DNA of 64,000 nucleotides from Tubulanus polymorphus (taxonomy: Eukaryota > Animalia > Nemertea), in NCBI RefSeq assembly GCF_964204645.1, contig NC_134027.1:23150560-23214559 (forward strand), given 5' to 3'. A program made the position numbers and the translations under genes. The notes under the pieces are model-generated. The model was not told the DNA's origin. It did no database searches and saw only the letters and a list, made by a program, of their open reading frames with translations. Each line of letters starts with the position of its first letter. Position 1 is the stretch's first letter. Shown here one piece after another: positions 56,101-64,000 of this stretch.

Positions 56101-59100
56101 TGTGAGTAATATCGGCGTAAACAAATTCTAGCCATATTTCGATCAAAATCAAATACGTACTCAACGTTATTTGATTTTTGGTGTTCCGCATCTTCCACCA
56201 AATATATGAAAATTTAAGCGCAATATATCGGCAAATCACTGGAAAATTGTTAAATTTTTCGTAGAGGCAAATGGTGCATTTAACCTTTATTCTGAAGGTT
56301 GTATATTAGAACGAGTCTCATGATTTACCCATAGAGAAACTACGACAGGGGTGTATCTGCATATCAGTACAGATTAACAGGCCAAGGGCGTTGTTGAAAA
56401 AATTTCCTTTGACGATCCGACATTCAGAGGCGTTGTCAATGAAATTTAGGCTGGAATTTCAATGAAGTGGCTGGGATCGAGTCGCTGGTCGTTTGCGTGG
56501 ATTACCTTTATGTAAAGTTGCTGGGATCGAGGGGGCTGTGTGTTAACGCAGATAATCCCTTTATAAAAGTAGCTGGGATCGAACGACTGGGTGTTTGCGT
56601 GGGTGTTTACCCTTGTACAAAGTGGCTGGGATCGAAAGACTGTATGTTATTATGTTGGATATCGGGCGAGCGGGTTTTGATTTTTATACAACAAAAGACA
56701 ACGATGCTTTGCTGATGCGGGCGAGCGCATTTGACTTTTCAAAATTTGTATTAGGGACTTTTTATGACGCAAGCGGCATTTGACCTTTTTTGAAAAATTA
56801 TGGTATTTCTTTGTTTGGCCTAGTACCGGTATTGCAGATTCTCCAATCATCATCTTTAAACGGTTATCACCAAGTAACCTCAAATATAGCTATACACATT
56901 ACAAAATCAATATTCATTTGGTGATTGTCGGATCGTCGAAGAAAACTTCCTCGACATTGCTTGGTTTCTGATTGTCGGATTGTCGAAGGAAATTTTTTCG
57001 ACAATGCTTCTAATTGTCGAGAGAAGTTCTCGGGACGAAAACCGCATTACGCAGTTTGTGCCTACGACCTCGGCACAAATCAACCAGAAAACGGATACCA
57101 GCATACCGATTACTACTTACATTGGACATCGACGGTAGCGATATTACTGATAGTAAAACCCACTGTATTTGCCACTTGACATCTGTATAGTCCTGAATCA
57201 GCTTTTGATAAATCATGTATGACATGATGATCAATGTTCGGTCCGATTGATTTCCAGACACCCGGCGCAGTTGAGAGTTGCCAGGTGTAAGTGAAATTAT
57301 CGGGGTTTCCATCAGTTGCAGCACAGAAAAACCCAATTGAATTGCCTTCTGTAATTAACGACTTAACTGGAGTCAACGAAACAGAATCAACGGCATCTGT
57401 AAAATATTACCCGGCATTCAGAAATGACTGTGTAAAAATAGGCCTGCATGTAGTGATTATTCCACACTTGTTCATTACACACTTTTTCATAGATTAGGTA
57501 AAACCATAGACAGGTTGACAAGTCTGATAAGACATTTCGCAAATTCTTGGGAACTATCTGTATAACTTACGGGTGACCGTTAATACAACTTTATTAGAAA
57601 TCATTGGTGTTGGTATACCAGCCCCAGTAGCTGTACATTGATATTCTGCCTGGTTATCTGTTTTATTGACGGATGTTGAATATGTTAGAGGACTAACTCC
57701 CCGTTTCACAGTGCTGCCCCCTGGTGTTCTAGTTATGGCGAGGTTCGGTTCCGGGTTACCCCCTGTAGCTGTACACGTTAAGTTAACAGATGTTGATTCC
57801 TGAACGGGTGACGTCGGTCCTTGTAATGCAACACTATTTGGTGGATCTGAAATTCAACGAAATGAAGATGGTCAAAATATATCGTTCATCGCATCTGAGG
57901 ATTGGTAAGTGTAGCTAGATTCCGTATTGTTACCGGAGCTCACGCCAACACAAAACCTATGAAATTGTGTGTAGAAAACTACTTACTATTTCAGCACCTT
58001 ATCAAGGATATTATTACTGGACGATGTTATTTGCGGTGTTGACCTTTTGTATGTGAGCAAAATGACACAAGTTAATGAAATACTTACATTGAACGTTGAT
58101 AGTGATTCTACCAGTAACTGATCCATATGTATTCGATACTGTACACGTATAAACACCTGAATCAGTTTTACTGATTCGTGTAAAACTGAGTTTATTATTA
58201 GACTGTCCTGATAGATTGACACCACTCCATTTATACGTCAGTCCTGTAGCTCCAGACTGTGAACCGTCACATGTGATTGTTAACGATGAATTCTCCTGTA
58301 ATGTGACGATGTTGTTGATTGCGGTGGTTGGTTGAGATGTTAGAACTGGTCCACTCGGGGGCGCTGTAAATATCGGAACAGAATAGATTTAAGTTTTTAC
58401 GATTCACCTTTCATTAGCATGCTCCAGATTCATTTATTAGGATTTTCATTATACACAGCTTAAGAATGAAAGTATGACACAATGCATCAATAGACTACGA
58501 GTTAAATGTGGCATTGTCAATCTCATCCGACTAAACTAAATAAAGCATCTATTGGTAAATTCTAACTTGAGGACAAAAATGACGTAGAAAATCAACTCAA
58601 AGCGGCAAATAATTCAATGCCAATAATTATTACTAAACACGATTAAAATGTATGAATCATTCGTTTATAATTCTCACCTACTACAGTAATTACTGTTTTA
58701 CTATTTCTGAAAGAGTTCATGTAGTCACATGACCATGTCCCAGCATCAATCATCTGTACATTAGTGATGCGTAAACCATAACGTCCAGCTGTGACGTCAC
58801 ATTGTCCAGTGTACCGGGGTTCAGTGATAGTTCCACGAGGACAGTTTGTCTCATCAAACTGAAACGGCATAAAAGGGCCAGACAAGACTATCCTGAGACC
58901 GCAGAATTTTTTACTAGGTGGTGAAACCTGACATTGTACGACAGTGGTGCCACCTAGTTTTACAACTGCTAGTGTTGCAACTATCGTGATTGTCGTATCC
59001 GCTGCGTCTATACAGTTCTGCTGCTGCCCTATACAAGGAAAGTAAACAAGTAACTATTCCTCTCTAATTACATGTTAATAAAGCCATTATTTGAATTAAT

Positions 59101-60093
59101 CTTATCATCGACGAAACATAACCCTGGTTCGTATTAATCATAAGAATCCAGCACTTATTTTTCATTTTTACTCGCCGTTTATTTTCGTGTACAACATTAG
59201 ACACATGAATAGAGTCGTGACCAAAAACTCCTGCAATGAAAGAATCATTAGATGAGAGCTCTGAGCTCTACATTGTCGACAAACGAACAGTTACCATGTG
59301 CAATCTTAGCGTTAAAAAAAATCAAGGACAAATATGATTTTCCACCCGTCCGAAATAAGAGGACCCTATTATGATCTTCGTTCAATCTCGAGTACTGCAT
59401 AGAATGAATTAGATTATTCTTTAAGCTTCAAATTACAAATAATTTTTCAATGTAAAATACATGGTTAAATACATGGAAATATACAGTTTACATACTCCTG
59501 CACAGTATTTTAACATAAACTGCAAGTTTTCTTAATCACATTTCTATCGTCTGAATTAGATAATTTACTAAATTTATGAATAGTTGTATTTCCTTTTCGC
59601 AGACGATTCAAGTTTAATTCACAGTAACAAATGCTCTAAAACCCTCGAAACCGAAATGAACTATGAACTCATAGTTCGTCTTATATTACACTATTTTTTA
59701 TATATTCCTGCTACCTTCATATTGTAATTCGAATCGTGGATAAAACATTATTATGACAGATTTGGTATAAAGCGGTTATGTGAGCTCAAGCGGTTATCTC
59801 TCGGTATCGTGGCGATGTAATCCGACAGGTTAGGCGTGGTCACCTGACCGGTAACTTTGATTTCTACCAAGTGGCACACTATAGTCAAAGTGCTGTCTTA
59901 AATCTGCTATAACTATCATAGACAGGGCTAGCAGTAGACAATTTTGACAAGAGTAGACAAAATAACACTGAACACATGCTATCTATAGAATTCGTTCTTC
60001 AAAAAATCTATTCCCCAAAGATTATGGCGGCAGGCTTGAGTCGACCCTGGACTCTACGATATGTATCTATATCGGTCTTACCTTGATGATCAT
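53177..60093 (-). CDS. IgSF receptor R5, intact ~706 aa: SP - V - 4 Ig - FN3 - TM - tyrosine tail
   Basis: Exons 60093-60082 (MIIK), 59230-59176 (signal; GC donor), 59028-58678 (V), 58363-58088, 57846-57571, 57396-57121, 55669-55400, 55282-54977 (FN3), 54618-54483 (TM), 53773-53751, 53608-53564, 53471-53427, 53226-53177 total 2121 nt with no internal stop. The tail ends EYTSCNENKTHDADSRDYAAATPYVNVAFSGEPHENDPNFYEDVKM*. Confidence 0.88.
56464..56665. repeat. ~52-bp minisatellite, 4 copies, in an R5 intron
   Basis: aagt[gta]gctgggatcga recurs at about 52-bp spacing. Confidence 0.8.
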
Positions 60094-60714
60094 GCTGCTT
60101 TATGAAAACCACCACAGAACCTCTTTAATGAAAATAGACAATCTTTTCAAACATTTCAATTTCAAATATTAAATATGAATGTAACGACACCCGTTCACGA
60201 AAACATAACTGATTGTTCTTTTAAGCGATATCTTCAACGATTGAAGTTATGCTAAAATACTCGTAATGTGGTAACATCGAAAATGAAAGTGTGTGTTTTT
60301 GACCTTTCATAAATGAAAGAGGAAAAAGAGGAAATATATAAAAGCCACTTTTCCTGGAATGTAAGATTTTCACGCGTAAAAGAACTACTCACACGAATAT
60401 TTCGAATTGTGAATCAATATCACTAATTGAATGGTGACAGCGTTCGCACAGTGCCTAAGAACGATATTTCGAGATAATCATTCCAACCAGGAAGTAAAAT
60501 ACAAGGACATTATAATGCGCGCTATGGAAATCATGAAAAAAAAAACTAAATTCAATGGACGGGTATTGATTAAGAAGACACGCTATGCAGACAGTTTTAT
60601 TTCGTGCCTTTATACGTTGTATGTAGAAACGAAAATGAAACAAAGAAGTCCAAACTGATATAAATATACGACATAAGATATGCTCCATATTTAACCAATT
60701 GTGACTGGAAAAAG

Positions 60715-60995
60715 ACACACTTCTCTACTGCCGATCTAAAGTCGGGGATTAAACGGCGCGGGTATTTCCTGCACTGAATGTCTACGTATCTTGGCTGATC
60801 CGGGCCATACGCGTATCAAAACAAGAGAAAGGCCCAGTCAAATATATGAGATAGGAATGCTCCGTAATTTACCAAGATTGAACTGCTACCGAAAAACAAA
60901 CACTTCTACTGTCGATATAAGGTCGATAACAAAACGGCACGGGTATTCCCCGCACTGAAGTAGGTCTACGTTTCGTGGCTTATCCGGGCCATATC
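60715..60995. promoter_or_regulatory. Duplicated upstream block of R5 with kB-like cores
   Basis: Two ~95-bp copies containing GGGTATTTCC (60760-60769) and GGGTATTCCC (60941-60950); similar to 42945-43030 upstream of R3. Confidence 0.45.
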
Positions 60996-61099
60996 AAAAA
61001 GAACGACATTCAATATACACTATAATATTAACTTTTTTAAACACACTCGCAAACGCAACCTTGAATGCAACTTTTCTCGTTTTCGGGTTCGCCTCTTAA

Positions 61100-61341
61100 A
61101 TGAAGAAAAACGAAAAACAACGAAATTAATGAATGTATCGCAATCGCAGGTCTCTTCAAGATCATACAAAAATGGCTTTTCGTAAAAAGGACGAGGTCCC
61201 AGAGTTTTGAGGTTAATAGGTTTCTTTTCGTAAATTTACCTTGATTGAAATGATTTTATATCTCCAGAAACATAGGCATGGCAATTGGGACAACTCACCG
61301 CAAAGCCACATTAACATACGGCGTTGCCGCAGCGTAATCGC
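61100..61341 (-). pseudogene. IgSF receptor R6 remnant: penultimate tail exon plus downstream intron
   Basis: 61341-61299 encodes DYAAATPYVNVA with a 2-nt deletion; the adjacent intron matches R5 53230-53426; the final exon is absent and the acceptor is disrupted by a MITE. Confidence 0.8.
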
Positions 61342-61477
61342 CAGGGGCTGGTTGCATAGCCATGGCTTAAACTTAAGACCAGTCTAAGACCAACTAAGTT
61401 AGTTCTATAGCCAATGACCAGTCTTAAGATTTATGACCACTTTTGGACTTAAGGGACGACTGTGCAACTGGCCCCTG
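61342..61477. mobile_element. ~135-bp MITE inserted at the R6 splice acceptor
   Basis: CAGGGGCTGGTTGCATAG...CTGTGCAACTGGCCCCTG; the empty site in R5 reads taatcgcCTGaaatataac. Confidence 0.85.
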
Positions 61478-61854
61478 AGATATAACAGTAAAAATTTATA
61501 ATACAATGTATTCAATGTATGTCTTTATTTATTTATTCATTTCAGAAATAAATCGCAACAAAGTGTGAAACAGTATGAAAGATAATACATAATGTTGTAA
61601 TATTAAGACTTGGACTCAATCTTGGACGCGACGTTATTCGTTAAGAGTCAAGCTTCCTCATTCCACATAATCTGCAACTTGTGTATTAATTTGCACGTAT
61701 TCGTTCTTTAGGCCCGCAGGCAGACTGTCCTTTTGAAAGGTTTGCATACTGGGCGTAATTCATTTTGACGACGCAGACGGTTTAACAACACTAAATGTCA
61801 ATGATAATTGTTTACATATTTCATCTATGTTTCGTATTTCTTTATATATATATA

Positions 61855-62620
61855 TTTTATTCGTAAACAAAGTTTACAATACAAAATTCAAAATTTATAA
61901 TATCCACTGACCAGTTACATTATATACATATCAGGTAATAATTAGTTCGATAATAATGTCGCGCGTTTCCGCAATAATCAACTCATCAGTCGCAGATTGG
62001 GACTAGTGCATGAAGTCGATAATTGCGGCGGCCTTTCTCAATGTATCTTCATCTGACTGATCTCGATAGATTTGTGGTACTGCAAGTTCATTCCTTTCAA
62101 TATCGAAAAGTCGCGAACAGAAGGTAACATTATTCGAGCATTGAGATCCGCTGCCACTAAGAGCAAGATAACCATATGTTCTGACAATTCTATTGGTCGA
62201 ATGTTTGATGGCAGAGAAAAACTTAATAAATCTATTATACACCTGATGTGCAATAGGGTCATCGAAATTAAATGGAACAAGTTACAATGGGTACGATAAG
62301 GTAAACCGAGTACTTTTCTGACGGCTTTTCTCAAAGCAGTGAACATTTTTGCAATATTATTTTTTGTGAAGTCCCAATGTTTACAGCCATACAATGATGA
62401 ACAAAATTATTTGAAAAATTTATAAAAGCGTATATGAGCGTTAACGTGACTGAATTGAGATATTAGTAAATTGACCCGTCTGTTGAAATCCGATATACAT
62501 TCTTGAACGCGTAAAGCGTCAGAGTTGATCCCAATCAAGTTGCCCAAATGTTTAGCGGAATGTGATTCTTTTATAATGGTTCCTTCTAAAATAATACTAA
62601 TGTCAAAAGTAAGAACGCTC
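61855..62620 (-). mobile_element. 5'-truncated, frameshifted non-LTR retrotransposon (RT C-terminal region)
   Basis: AKHLGNLIG...FNRRVNLLISQFSH...KFFK / YGCKHWDF...RKAVRKVLGLPYRTH, typical of the LINE RT thumb region; AATAAA near the 3' end. Confidence 0.8.
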
Positions 62621-64000
62621 ATTCTCACCTGGAAAGTATAGATAAACAGTCTTTTTAGCATTGAAAAGTACATAAAATTCTACCGAGAATTCTACACACA
62701 ATCTTAACGTAGTATTCATGGAGTATTTACTAGGTGCAAGTAATATTATGGTCGACGTCGGAAATCCGGAACAGAGCATAAGAGTAACTAGTGGTTTTAT
62801 GTCTCCATCTAATTACTCATTGTCCTGTGAGACAGTTTGCCTGTGTCAGAATGCGTTGATTGTGGTTTGTCTCACTGTCATGTCACAACCTTTGTTTTTG
62901 TATCATTTCCCATGTATCAACCTGTCATAGTCAGTCCAGTTTTAGTATTCCAAACTGATAGTTCACTCGTTACTCTTTTGCTCTGTTCAGGATTTCCGTC
63001 GTCGACCATTCTTCGAGAATAGGACTGAAAATAGCTGTGCTAAAACTGTGCGCCACTGGTGCACCGGAACAAAATTGTATCTTAAGTTGTAAACTTAAGA
63101 TACAATTTAAAATCCACGCAAAGTATAATCATGGACGTATAAACTAGATTATTCGTCCATGGTATAATACATCGACTGGCCAGCCCGAATATATAAAACT
63201 CATAGAAATCTCGCACCAGGTAGGTCGAATGTAATTCATGTTTAATTGTTTACTTATCGTCGTTAAATACTTTGAAGAAATATGACTGATATTTGTTGAA
63301 GTTCAGCGAGGATTCCTTGACACCGTTTCGATAAAATTCCACACAACAAAGGCCAATCTTATATCATATACGTATATATTTGAGTGTGCATTGTGTATAA
63401 TGACTTATTCAGAACATTATTGATTGGTTTTCATTTTTCCTCTGCTGCGAGTCTTAAATCTTCGGTTTCTCTTTGACTTAGTTGCGCAATCTAACCCTTT
63501 TCTTATCTGCATTCACGCGATGGGAATTATTGTAAAGTAAAAATCGCAATCCGCCTAATACAGACACTTTCGACAGGGTCTATAAATATACGAACACGCA
63601 CATAGGAAATGCGAAGGAAATTCATACATCTGTGGTGTATGTTATAAACGCTATCGATTCTAAATTAAGGATTTGTTGCGTATTTGAAATTTGTTACCTC
63701 GAATTCGAAAATACGCGAAGAAAGGATTTTATCGTATTAGAAAATCAATCGTCAATTATACGGTAAGCTTATTGATCATCGACGCATACGAGGGACCTCG
63801 TTCATTTTTATTTCGTCAAATATATAATATTGGGCAATTCTATCATGTGCGAAGGCCACTGCGACCGCTCATTCTTCGAGGTGTCATTATATAGGCTGCT
63901 AGCATTATCACTTTTTTAGATTGGCTCCCAACAGGGCTTACGTATTCATAGGAAAACCAGTTTAATTACCGAAAATAAGTGTCCTTTATAAACTTTTACG

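Noticed and set aside
53177-60093. Assigning a gene symbol such as nephrin, hemicentin or Alr
   Set aside because: Only the architecture is similar; orthology cannot be shown without a search.

Overview
Intron-rich, AT-rich animal DNA, not prokaryotic. An invertebrate, probably a lophotrochozoan, is inferred from the GRL101-type GPCR. Most ORF-track entries are single exons or noise; all gene models below were spliced by hand from GT/AG sites and reading phase. The main feature is a birth-and-death cluster of at least six paralogous immunoglobulin-superfamily receptor loci (R1-R6) with the layout signal peptide, V-type Ig, 4-6 further Ig domains, FN3, optional stalk domain, TM, and a tyrosine-motif tail built from micro-exons. 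R1 and R2 are on +, R3-R6 on -. R5 splices to an intact ~706-aa protein, R1 runs off the window edge, and the others carry damaged exons. The V domains share a conserved framework around a sharply divergent Cys-bounded segment, and the paralogs differ in which tail tyrosines they keep, a pattern recalling allorecognition or innate immune receptor complexes. Between the two convergent arms lie an intact 15-exon gene for a ~989-aa secreted protein (4 LamG/pentraxin-like domains plus a C-type-lectin-like domain) and an intronless LDLa-LRR-7TM GPCR pseudogene with an inverted 5' part. MITEs, LINE fragments, tandem repeats and a recent 594-bp duplication are also present. Domain names come from motif recognition by eye, not database searches.
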